This document shows, one piece after another, positions 9,067 through 17,314 of a stretch of DNA of 32,000 nt. Both the position numbers and the translations under genes were made by a program. A model generated the notes under the pieces. The model made no database searches. It had not been told where the DNA came from and worked only from the letters and a program-made list of their open reading frames with translations. Within the stretch, counting starts at the first letter, position 1, and the number at the start of each line of letters is the position of its first letter. Source of the DNA: Edaphobacter aggregans (GTDB taxonomy: Bacteria > Acidobacteriota > Terriglobia > Terriglobales > Acidobacteriaceae); NCBI RefSeq assembly GCF_003945235.1, contig NZ_RSDW01000001.1, positions 1,290,001-1,322,000 on the forward strand, read 5' to 3'.

Positions 9067-10317
9067 ATGGAAAACACATCGACACCGGATCGGATTGATA
9101 TGACGGACTTCTCCGCTTCAGTGCATGAAGTGGCCGAAGATCTGCCGACTTCCTCGACTACAGCAAGCGAACTAAAGATTCGCAAAGGACCGGTTCTGGC
9201 GGGCCTCGCCGTACTTGCGCTGCTTGGTTTGGCAATCGTCTATGGCGTGCATTCCCGCACCAAGACGGAGAACCAGTTGACGCAGGCGACTGCCGAGGCT
9301 GCGATACCTAGTGTGAACGTCACGCGTCCGACGGGAGGGTCGTCTGCACAGGAAGTCGTTCTGCCGGGTAACGTTCAGGCCTTTACCGACACGCCTATTT
9401 ATGCGCGCACTAACGGCTACTTGAGACGGTGGTATGTCGACATCGGGACGCATGTACGGAAGGGACAGTTGCTCGCCGAGATCGAAACACCTGAACTCGA
9501 TCAACAGTTGCAACAGGCAGAGGCGGACCTGAAGAGTGCAGAGGCCAATATGCATCTGGCAGAGACTACGAGCACGCGCTGGCAGAGTCTTCTGCAAAAA
9601 CATGCTGTTTCGAAACAGGAGACAGACCAGGTCATGAGCGACTACGCGGCTAAGCAGGCCAACTATGCTGCGAGTCAGGCCAATGTCCGTCGCCTGAAAG
9701 AGCTGCAGGGTTATGAACGAGTGACGGCGCCGTTTGATGGTACGATTACTGCTCGCGCTACGGATATTGGCGCCTTGATTGGCACTGGATCGGGTACAAC
9801 GCCACATGAACTCTTTCACCTTGCCGCTGTTGGCCGCCTCTTTGTGTACGTCGCGGTACCAGAGATTTATGCCGAGAGCGTCCATGATGGCGCTAAGGTC
9901 AAGATCACGCAGGATGCGAATCCGGGCGAGATCATCGTCGGCACAATTGCCCGAAACTCCAGCTCCATCGACCAGACGACGCGCACTCTGAATGTTCAGG
10001 TCGACGTCGACAATGCCAAGGGACAATTGCTTCCAGGGGCTTACGTTTTTGTCCATCTGCAGTTGCCCGCAGCCAACCGCGCTGTCACGATTCCATCCAA
10101 TACACTGCTCTTTCGCGCAGAAGGACTTCGTGTTGGGATTGTGCGCAATGGAGTCGTGCAACTCACGCCAATTACGATTGGTCATGATTTTGGCAACAGT
10201 GTCGAGGTCACGAGTGGGCTGACACCTAATGACGTCGTCGTGCTTGATCCGTCCGACTCGCTGACAAGCGGAACGCGTGTGGAAGTGAATGCTCCACAGA
10301 AGGGGACTGCACAGTGA
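9067..10317 (+). CDS. RND efflux periplasmic adaptor (membrane fusion protein, HlyD/AcrA family), membrane-anchored
   Basis: An N-terminal cytoplasmic tail is followed by a TM helix (VLAGLAVLALLGLAIVYGV). Next come a lipoyl-like motif (YLRRWYVDIGTHVRKGQLLAEIETPELD), an alpha-hairpin (QQLQQAEADLKSAEAN...) and beta-barrel/MP domains. It starts 20 nt after the permease gene. Confidence 0.9.
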   Translation: MENTSTPDRIDMTDFSASVHEVAEDLPTSSTTASELKIRKGPVLAGLAVLALLGLAIVYGVHSRTKTENQLTQATAEAAIPSVNVTRPTGGSSAQEVVLPGNVQAFTDTPIYARTNGYLRRWYVDIGTHVRKGQLLAEIETPELDQQLQQAEADLKSAEANMHLAETTSTRWQSLLQKHAVSKQETDQVMSDYAAKQANYAASQANVRRLKELQGYERVTAPFDGTITARATDIGALIGTGSGTTPHELFHLAAVGRLFVYVAVPEIYAESVHDGAKVKITQDANPGEIIVGTIARNSSSIDQTTRTLNVQVDVDNAKGQLLPGAYVFVHLQLPAANRAVTIPSNTLLFRAEGLRVGIVRNGVVQLTPITIGHDFGNSVEVTSGLTPNDVVVLDPSDSLTSGTRVEVNAPQKGTAQ

Positions 10318-11780
10318 AACGTACCGCTCTTTTCCCTGTGGCGTCTGCCCTGCTCTGTGCTCTATTGAGCGGATGCATGGTCGGCCCGAAGTACACGCGT
10401 CCTGTAACTCCGTTGGCTCCAGAGTTCAAGGAAGCTACTCCTGAGTCATTCAAAGAGATGAACGGGTGGAAGGTCGCTCAGCCGAACGACCAACTTCTGC
10501 GTGGCAAGTGGTGGGAGCTCTTCAATGATGCTCAACTGAACGCTCTTCAGGAACAGGTTGATCCTGCGAACCAGACGCTGAAGGCCGCTGAGGCCAACTT
10601 TCGCGCGGCTCGCGCTGCGATCCGAATCAATCGGTCAGGTGAAGCACCCACTTTGACCGTCAATCCGGCCGTCGGTGCGGTTCGTGATTCGGAAAATCAG
10701 CCGTATTTTAACAAGGCCAGTGCGAATAATGGAACAGGCTCATTTTCGCTTCCAATCGATATGGACTATGAGGTCGATTTGTGGGGGCGAATTCGTCGCG
10801 GCGTTACAGCTGCTCGCGAACAAGCGCAGGCCAGCGCGGCTGATAAGGAGACTGCTCGGTTGAGCCTACATGCTGAGTTGGCGATTGACTACTTCAATCT
10901 GCGCAGCGCTGATGCACAAAAGAAGCTGCTAGATGAGACGGTGAAGGCCTATCAGGACGCGCTTCAACTTACACAGGACCGCTATGATGGCGGCGCTTCC
11001 CCGCTCTCCGACGTTGCACAAGCTCGCACGCAGCTGCAAACCGCACAGGTGCAGGACACAGAGATTGGTATTCAACGCGCGCAGTTTGAACATGCGATTG
11101 CTGTTCTGATCGGGAAGCCTCCAGCGCAACTGAGCATTGCCCCGACGCCCGCTACTGTTCAGCAACCAACAATTCCGGGGATACCCGGGGCTTTGCCATC
11201 ACAGCTTCTGGAACGTCGACCGGACATCGCTGCCGATGAGCGTCGTATGGCGGCTGCAAATGAGCAGATCGGAATTGCACAGGCTGCGTTTTACCCGACA
11301 CTGAGCCTTTCGGCTGTTGCAGGATTTTCTGGCACGTCGGTGTTGAACTGGTTCGAATGGCCAAGCCGCTTTTTTGCAGTAGGCCCGATGCTTTCGCAGA
11401 CCGTCTTCGATCATGGCCGTCGACGTGCGAGTTCAGATGTCGTAATCGCACAATATGACGCGACGGTAGCCGACTATCGCCAGACATCGCTGACGGCGTT
11501 TCAACAGGTCGAAGATAATCTTGCCGCACTGCGAATACTGGAGACCGAGGCACAGCAGCAACGCGCCGCCACACAGTCGGCGCAGGAGTCGCTAGATCTT
11601 TTCCAGACCCGGTATGAAGGTGGTGTTGACACCTATCTCCAAGTGATCACCTGGCAGACTTCGGCCCTCGAAAATGAACGCAACGATATCGACATCATGC
11701 GCCGACAGCTTGAGGCGAGCGTGCTGCTCATCAAGGCTCTGGGTGGGGGATGGGATACTACGCAGTTGCCGAAGGTGTAG
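10314..11780 (+). CDS. efflux outer-membrane factor lipoprotein, NodT/OprM family
   Basis: The GTG start overlaps the adaptor stop (GTGA). Lipobox LLSGC|MVGPKY. Typical OMF repeats (WWELFNDAQLNALQ, RPDIAADERRMAAANEQIGIAQAAFYPTLSLSA, YEGGVDTYLQVI). Confidence 0.9.
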   Translation: MKRTALFPVASALLCALLSGCMVGPKYTRPVTPLAPEFKEATPESFKEMNGWKVAQPNDQLLRGKWWELFNDAQLNALQEQVDPANQTLKAAEANFRAARAAIRINRSGEAPTLTVNPAVGAVRDSENQPYFNKASANNGTGSFSLPIDMDYEVDLWGRIRRGVTAAREQAQASAADKETARLSLHAELAIDYFNLRSADAQKKLLDETVKAYQDALQLTQDRYDGGASPLSDVAQARTQLQTAQVQDTEIGIQRAQFEHAIAVLIGKPPAQLSIAPTPATVQQPTIPGIPGALPSQLLERRPDIAADERRMAAANEQIGIAQAAFYPTLSLSAVAGFSGTSVLNWFEWPSRFFAVGPMLSQTVFDHGRRRASSDVVIAQYDATVADYRQTSLTAFQQVEDNLAALRILETEAQQQRAATQSAQESLDLFQTRYEGGVDTYLQVITWQTSALENERNDIDIMRRQLEASVLLIKALGGGWDTTQLPKV

Positions 11781-11826
11781 TTCTCGCTCTCTGAATTTCT
11801 TGCCCTGGGTTGAAAAGGCTGTACGA

Positions 11827-11841
11827 TACCGGGGAAGGGTA
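11827..11841. promoter_or_regulatory. candidate CsoR/RcnR-family operator TACC-GGGGAAG-GGTA
   Basis: TACCGGGGAAGGGTA is a G-rich core flanked by the inverted TACC/GGTA. It has the same 15-nt layout as the E. coli RcnR site TACT-G6-N-AGTA. It ends 10 nt before the ATG of the RcnR-like gene and is followed by a GGGTA GGGTA direct repeat. Confidence 0.35.
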
Positions 11842-11850
11842 GGGTAGCTG

Positions 11851-12123
11851 ATGTCACACAGTGAACGTGAAAAGCTGAAGTTGCAGCATCGACTCAAGAA
11901 GATCCGCGGCCAGTTCGATGCGATCGAACGCGCGCTGAGCGAAGAGGACGACTGCGCCAAGATTCTGATGCAACTGTCTGCGGTGCGTGGCGGAGTCAAC
12001 GGCCTGATGGCTGAAGTTCTGGAGGACCACCTGAGACTGCATCTCGCCGATAGGGATGGTAAGGGGATTGCTCCTGATCTTGCCGAAGACCTGGTTGAAC
12101 TGGTCCGGAGCTATCTGAAGTAA
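11851..12123 (+). CDS. CsoR/RcnR/FrmR-family (DUF156) metal-sensing transcriptional repressor, RcnR-type fingerprint
   Basis: The 90-aa MSHSEREKLKLQHRLKKIRGQFDAIERALSEEDDCAKILMQLSAVRGGVNGLMAEVLEDHLRLHL aligns colinearly with E. coli RcnR. The W-X-Y-Z positions are His3, Cys35, His60 and His64. Confidence 0.9.
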   Translation: MSHSEREKLKLQHRLKKIRGQFDAIERALSEEDDCAKILMQLSAVRGGVNGLMAEVLEDHLRLHLADRDGKGIAPDLAEDLVELVRSYLK

Positions 12124-12153
12124 CTCTGTCCCTCATTTGGAGAGACAAACATG

Positions 12154-12191
12154 CCATTGCCGCCGGCAGCTGGTCCAGACGGCGGCAATGG
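12154..12191. terminator. hairpin between convergent genes (possible bidirectional terminator)
   Basis: There is a perfect 12-bp stem, CCATTGCCGCCG (12154-12165) with CGGCGGCAATGG (12180-12191), and a 14-nt loop. It sits between the RcnR-like stop (12123) and the arcA stop (12208). No U-tract is present, so its status as an intrinsic terminator is uncertain. Confidence 0.45.
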
Positions 12192-12207
12192 ACATTCGCT
12201 AGCCTAA

Positions 12208-13461
12208 CTAGTAGTCGACTGCATCCCGGATGATCGGACAGGTCATGCAATGGCCGCCGCCACGTCCGCGGCCCAGTTCTGCGCCGACGATCGTGATCAC
12301 CTCTATGCCTTCCTTGCGTAGCAGTGTGTTTGTATAGACATTCCGGTCGTATGCGTAAACGACACCAGGCGATGCGCACACGAGGTTCGCGCCGCTGTCC
12401 CATTGGGTGCGTTCACGCTGGTAGGCGTTGCCACCGGTCTCGACCACGCGCAGCTTTTTCAAGCCCAGAGCTCCGGCAACCACTTCGACGAACGACCCCT
12501 TGTCTTTGGACAGCTCGACACCGCCAGGCTTGCTGCTGGGACGGTAGGAGAAAGCTTCGATTTTGTTCACGATATCTGGATACAGCAAAACGCAGTCACG
12601 ATCCGCAAACGTGAACACCGTGTCGAGATGCATGGCTGCTCTTAGTTTCGGCATCGCAGCCACGATGACTCGCTCGGCGGCGCCGTTCTCGAATAGGGCG
12701 GCTGCGACCTGACTGATCGCCTGACGCGACGTGCGCTCGCTCATACCGATCAGAACATTGCCCTTGCCAATGGGCATCACGTCGCCACCTTCGAATGTTG
12801 CCATCCCATGGTCTTTGGTTGGATCGCCCCACCACACCTTCACTTTACCGGCGAAATCTGGATGAAACTTGTAGATCGCAGTCGTCAGGATCGGTTCTTC
12901 GTGTCGCGCTGGCCAATACAGAGAATTGAGCGTAACACCGCCGTAGATCCAGCAGCTCGTGTCACGCGTGTATAGCGTGTTCGGCAGCGGAGGCAAGAGA
13001 TACTCGGTAACACCAGCCGCGTCCTTAACCAGCTTAAGCATTTCACCGCCGTGCGTCTCCGGGAAATCTTCCGTCGACAGACCGCCGAGCAGCGTTTCGG
13101 CAAGCTTGCGCGAATCCAAGCCTTCAAGGTAACTCCGGATTTCGTCTACCAGCCCCAGACCCACCTGGTCTGGTATGACCTGATTGTCGAGGATCCATTT
13201 TTTGGCTTCGGGAACAGCAACCGTTTCGGCTAGCAGATTGTGCATCTCCACCACGTCAACACCACGGTCGCGCATCTTGTTGATGAAGTCGAAGTGGTCG
13301 CGCTTGGCGTTGTCGACCCACAGTACGTCGTCGAAAAGCAGATCGTCGCAGTTGGATGGCGTTAGGCGAGTATGAGCCAAACCCGGCGCGCAGACCATCA
13401 CCTTGCGTAGTTTGCCGACCTCCGAGTGCACGCCGAACTTTACATCATTCGCATTCGTCAT
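12208..13461 (-). CDS. arcA: arginine deiminase
   Basis: The N-terminus [41 protein letters not shown] and the C-terminal catalytic-Cys segment [19 protein letters not shown] are canonical ADI signatures. 417 aa. Confidence 0.95.
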   Translation of the reverse strand: MTNANDVKFGVHSEVGKLRKVMVCAPGLAHTRLTPSNCDDLLFDDVLWVDNAKRDHFDFINKMRDRGVDVVEMHNLLAETVAVPEAKKWILDNQVIPDQVGLGLVDEIRSYLEGLDSRKLAETLLGGLSTEDFPETHGGEMLKLVKDAAGVTEYLLPPLPNTLYTRDTSCWIYGGVTLNSLYWPARHEEPILTTAIYKFHPDFAGKVKVWWGDPTKDHGMATFEGGDVMPIGKGNVLIGMSERTSRQAISQVAAALFENGAAERVIVAAMPKLRAAMHLDTVFTFADRDCVLLYPDIVNKIEAFSYRPSSKPGGVELSKDKGSFVEVVAGALGLKKLRVVETGGNAYQRERTQWDSGANLVCASPGVVYAYDRNVYTNTLLRKEGIEVITIVGAELGRGRGGGHCMTCPIIRDAVDY

Positions 13462-13496
13462 GATGAAACTCCTTAGATTGAATCAAGCCACTATGT

Positions 13497-14930
13497 TTAA
13501 ATTTGAATAAGTCCGCTTATGAGCCCGTAAACACCTACCAAGGCACCGATAATTGCAACGGCGAAGATGACGATATCCCCGGTCTTGGCGAAGACCTTGG
13601 CATTTTGTTCGCGTCGCGCCCAAATGTAGAGCACCGTCCCCGGCCCGTACAGTACAGCAGAGAGCAGGATGAACTTCGTGCCTCCGGCGAAAATCATGAA
13701 AGCCGTGTAGACCACCGCGACTAAAGCAATAATCAAATCCCGCTGGCGACCCTCTGGGTGCGTGTCATAGGATTCGCCGCGCTTCGAGATCTTGAACCCG
13801 TAAGCCGCAACGAACAGATACGGGATGAGCGACATCGCACTTGTGAGATTCAGCATCAGCGCGAATGCGTCTCTCGACCAGTACGTGCTGATAACAATAA
13901 GTTGGACGACAATGTTGGTCAGCCATAGAGCTGCCGCAGGAACGCGGTTCACATTTTCGGTAGCGAAAATCTTTGGCATGTCTTTGTTCTTTGCAGCCGC
14001 GAAGAGCACTTCGGCGCAGATCAGCGACCACGCCAGGTAGGCTCCGAGCACCGAAACGATAAGTCCGAGGCTGACGAAGACCGCGCCCCAATGCCCAACC
14101 ACGGCCTCCAACACAGCAGCCATCGACGGCTGACGCATGCCGGCGATATCAGCCCGGTGTAGCACGGCGTACGGAGTTAAGGTTACGAGGACCATCAGGC
14201 ACGTGACACCAATGAAGCCGGTGATTGTAGCCACACCGACATCGGAGCGCTTCTTTGCGTAGCGCGAGTACACGCTCGCTCCCTCAATCCCGATAAAAAC
14301 GAACACCGTGACCAGCATTGTGGCTTTGACTTGTTGGAACAGGTTTCCCGTAAGATCGCCGCCATAGAAGTTGCCGCGGAACATGTCGGCCTTGAATGCA
14401 AAGATCATGATCACGACGAATACCAGGATCGGAATAACCTTCGCGACCGTTACGACGCTGTTGATGAATGCCGCCTGTTGGACACCCTTCAAGATCATGA
14501 AATGAAAGAGCCATATCCCGATCGAGGCAACGAGAATTGCTACGACCGTATTGCCGTCTCCAAAAATCGGGAAAAACGCCCCCAGCGTCGCCTTGATCAG
14601 CACCCAGTACGAAACGTTGCCGATGCAACTACCGATCCAGTAGCCGAAGGCCGAGAGAAACCCGGGATAGTCGCCGAAGCCGGCCTTGGCATACGCGAAT
14701 ACGCCGGCATCCAGTTCGGGTTTGCGCTCGGCGAGCGATTGGAACACACGGGCCAGCATGTACATGCCGGTACCGGCAATAAGCCATGCGATGACAGCGC
14801 CGAATGGGCCGGTAGCGCCCGCAAAAGTGCGCGGGAGCGAGAAGATACCCGCCCCAACCATTCCGCCTACCACCATTGCTGTCAGTTGCATCAGGGACAT
14901 CTTCTGGTCAGTCTGGTCAGTCGAAGCCAT
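13497..14930 (-). CDS. arcD: APC-superfamily basic amino acid antiporter, arginine/ornithine antiporter ArcD type
   Basis: MVVGGMVGAGIFSLPRTFA...RKPELDAGVFAYAKAGFGDYPGFLSAFGYWI...FFPIFGDGN closely follows the ArcD pattern. It has about 12-13 TM segments and lies 35 nt upstream of arcA on the same strand. Confidence 0.9.
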   Translation of the reverse strand: MASTDQTDQKMSLMQLTAMVVGGMVGAGIFSLPRTFAGATGPFGAVIAWLIAGTGMYMLARVFQSLAERKPELDAGVFAYAKAGFGDYPGFLSAFGYWIGSCIGNVSYWVLIKATLGAFFPIFGDGNTVVAILVASIGIWLFHFMILKGVQQAAFINSVVTVAKVIPILVFVVIMIFAFKADMFRGNFYGGDLTGNLFQQVKATMLVTVFVFIGIEGASVYSRYAKKRSDVGVATITGFIGVTCLMVLVTLTPYAVLHRADIAGMRQPSMAAVLEAVVGHWGAVFVSLGLIVSVLGAYLAWSLICAEVLFAAAKNKDMPKIFATENVNRVPAAALWLTNIVVQLIVISTYWSRDAFALMLNLTSAMSLIPYLFVAAYGFKISKRGESYDTHPEGRQRDLIIALVAVVYTAFMIFAGGTKFILLSAVLYGPGTVLYIWARREQNAKVFAKTGDIVIFAVAIIGALVGVYGLISGLIQI

Positions 14931-15068
14931 GCCATTCCTCCTGAAAATAGTTATTTCAACATTTGCATTGGCTACATGTCCCCGTGAGGCAGGCCCCTTC
15001 GATTATCTTCGCGCGATAAAAATACGAATGGAGATCGAATCGCACCAACTCGGCACATCCCGAGTTCT

Positions 15069-15109
15069 ATTATTAGACGTAAACACGCCCTTGCCCCTGA
15101 CGTACGTCA
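15069..15109 (-). promoter_or_regulatory. candidate class II CRP/FNR-type promoter for arcD-arcA: TGAC-N4-GTCA box plus -10-like AATAAT
   Basis: A perfect 12-bp palindrome TGACGTACGTCA lies at 15098-15109, which is the core of TTGAY-N4-RTCAA sites. On the minus strand AATAAT occupies 15074-15069. The centre-to-centre distance is 32 bp, as expected for a box at -41.5 and a -10 hexamer at -9.5. The box is 168 nt upstream of the arcD ATG. Confidence 0.4.
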
Positions 15110-15716
15110 CAGCTACGTTAAAAATTGGCCCGATGTTCTACAAGGTGCCACTCGAGATCCAAGCCTTCGGCCTGCTCTGGCACCTCGCTACTCCACGGGC
15201 ACCCTCGGTCGGAAACAATAACAGAAAAGAGTGTTAGAGAACAAATTACGTCATCGGGTTGCTTGTAGTTTGCGGACGCGGCAGACCTACTATTCTTGCA
15301 TCAGAAGCTCTTTCTGTTTTAGCTTATGCCTGCTATGGAACTATCGCTCAGTGTTGCTCTGAATGAGTTATCTTGCTGACGAAGGAGAATTAACTTTCAA
15401 ACTAGTAATTGCGTAGCTAGAAACTGCGTAGGCATCGGATAACGCAAATTCACCGAATTTACCTATCGATTTAAGACTTTGGTCGTATTAGGACCTTGGT
15501 CGCGTTGACATAGCGCTTCTAACTCGATAAAGATCGACGGTGTTGCAAGCCTTGCTCTGAAATTCAAATACCATGCAATAATTGCACTACAATTTTGAGT
15601 TGGAAGTTCCGGCCCGAATAACTCTCCATGGTTACGATGTAGTATCTGACAGTTCCGCGAGTTGATGGTTCTGCGAGTGTTTTTCCATCAGAGCCATCGT
15701 AAAGGGAGACGGTGTT

Positions 15717-17210
15717 ATGACTGATCCATCCATCACGTCACGCAGCGTCAAGGAACCGTCGTATGCGGATGCGATCATTCCCGCGGTGACCCTCATCGTC
15801 CTGATCGCAGGCGCTATCTTTCTGTTCGGGCTGGACGCTCTTGACGGTCCCGTGCAAGTCGCATTAATTTTCTGCGACATTCTCGTCGGCCTGATCATTA
15901 CCAAGAATGGGCATTCCTGGGACGACGTCGGTAGATCCGCGCAAGTCGCGATGGGGTCCGTCACCACGCCGTTTTTCATTTTGTTTGGCATTGGCGCACT
16001 GATTGGCACTTGGAACATGTCAGGCACGATCCCGACCATGGTTTACTACGGCATCCATTTGCTCCATCCCGCTTATTTTTATGTCGCGACGTTGGTTATC
16101 TGCTCTTTGATATCGCTCAGCATCGGGAGTTCCTGGACAACGGCAGGAACGATTGGTGTGGGTCTGGTGGGACTTGCAACGATGGTCGGCGTCTCCCCAG
16201 CTATCACCGCCGGAGCCGTCGTCTCTGGCTCCTACGTAGGTGACAAAATATCCCCACTCTCCGAGACAACCGTCCTGACAGCTCAGCTGGCGAAGGTCGA
16301 CGTCTTCACGCATATCCGCGCCATGCTTTGGACGACAGTGCCTTCCTTTCTCATTGCGTCTGTAGTGTTCACGTTTCTCAGCCTGCGGGAAGGCACCCTC
16401 GTCCACAACGTCGACACTGGGGGCGAACTACATAAGCTGAATCAGTTCTTTTGGATTACGCCGTGGAACCTGATCCCGCTGCTTTTTCTGCTGGTACTCT
16501 CGTTTCGCAAAGTACGCGCCTCAGTTGCAATCCTCAGTTCGGCGTTGCTCGCAGGCGTTATGGCGGCGATTCTGCAACCGCAAGCCATTTTGCACTTTGT
16601 CAACGATTCAACGCTTCCAGTCCTGCTCGTATACATCAAGGGCATTTGGATGGCGATGGCGAATGGCTATCATGTTAATACGGGCATCAAAGAGGTTGAC
16701 AGCCTCCTTTCACGCGGCGGCATGGCCAGCATGTTGGGGACGCTTTGGATCATCATCGGTGCGGTGACCTTTGGGACATTACTCGAAGAGTTTCAGCTGC
16801 TCGCCAAACTCATCAATCCCATACTCAGCCGCGCAAAAACCACAGGAGGTTTGATTGGAACAGTCGTTGGGACAGCGCTTGGGCTAAATATCATCGCCGC
16901 TGATCAATACATCGCACTGGTGTTACCCGTTCGGCTGTATCGTACCGAGTTCGAGAAGCGCGGCCTGAAAGCGCAAAACCTGTCACGAGCCTGTGCGGAT
17001 GCGGGAACTGTGACATCGCCTCTCGTGCCGTGGAACTCGTGTGGCGCTTACATGGCCGCCGCGCTCGGCGTAGCCACCCTGTCATATTTGCCGTTTGCCA
17101 TCTTCAACATCGCCGCCCCCCTCATGTCGCTCTTTTTGGGATTCACCGGCTTCAAGATCCAACGCATCCAGCCTTCCGAAGCGCAGGCAGAGACCACACC
17201 AACCGCCTAG
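15717..17210 (+). CDS. nhaC: NhaC-family (Na+/H+ antiporter-like, IT superfamily) membrane carrier
   Basis: 497 aa and polytopic. The segments FGIGALIGTWNMSGTIPTMVYYGI, LSIGSSWTTAGTIGVGLVG, SGSYVGDKISPLSETT and VPWNSCGAYMAAALGV are characteristic NhaC blocks. GGGAG lies upstream of the ATG. Confidence 0.88.
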   Translation: MTDPSITSRSVKEPSYADAIIPAVTLIVLIAGAIFLFGLDALDGPVQVALIFCDILVGLIITKNGHSWDDVGRSAQVAMGSVTTPFFILFGIGALIGTWNMSGTIPTMVYYGIHLLHPAYFYVATLVICSLISLSIGSSWTTAGTIGVGLVGLATMVGVSPAITAGAVVSGSYVGDKISPLSETTVLTAQLAKVDVFTHIRAMLWTTVPSFLIASVVFTFLSLREGTLVHNVDTGGELHKLNQFFWITPWNLIPLLFLLVLSFRKVRASVAILSSALLAGVMAAILQPQAILHFVNDSTLPVLLVYIKGIWMAMANGYHVNTGIKEVDSLLSRGGMASMLGTLWIIIGAVTFGTLLEEFQLLAKLINPILSRAKTTGGLIGTVVGTALGLNIIAADQYIALVLPVRLYRTEFEKRGLKAQNLSRACADAGTVTSPLVPWNSCGAYMAAALGVATLSYLPFAIFNIAAPLMSLFLGFTGFKIQRIQPSEAQAETTPTA

Positions 17211-17314
17211 CGAATCATCGCTGTACCTGTACGCCTTGTACGAATTGCTCTGCTGAGGAGCGCTGTTCGATCTCCCGGGCCATGTCTCTAGACCTAGAGG
17301 ACAGGAGGCTAACC

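Noticed and set aside
14686-15237. A 183-aa plus-strand ORF runs from inside arcD into the intergenic region.
   Set aside because: It is mostly antisense to the well-supported arcD gene. It has no SD and no motif, and its composition is typical of a shadow frame.
15326-15379. A 17-codon ORF (MPAMELSLSVALNELSC) lies in the AT-rich intergenic region and was considered as a possible leader peptide.
   Set aside because: It has no Shine-Dalgarno sequence, no Arg codon run or other attenuation logic, and no adjacent terminator/antiterminator structure that I could see.
17030-17314. The 5' extension of the porin ORF (start at 17030) would give a 594-aa protein.
   Set aside because: The extension overlaps the 3' end of nhaC in another frame and encodes an Arg/His/Cys-rich non-signal sequence. 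AGGAGG plus ATG at 17315 is followed by a clean Sec signal peptide, so 17315 is the start.
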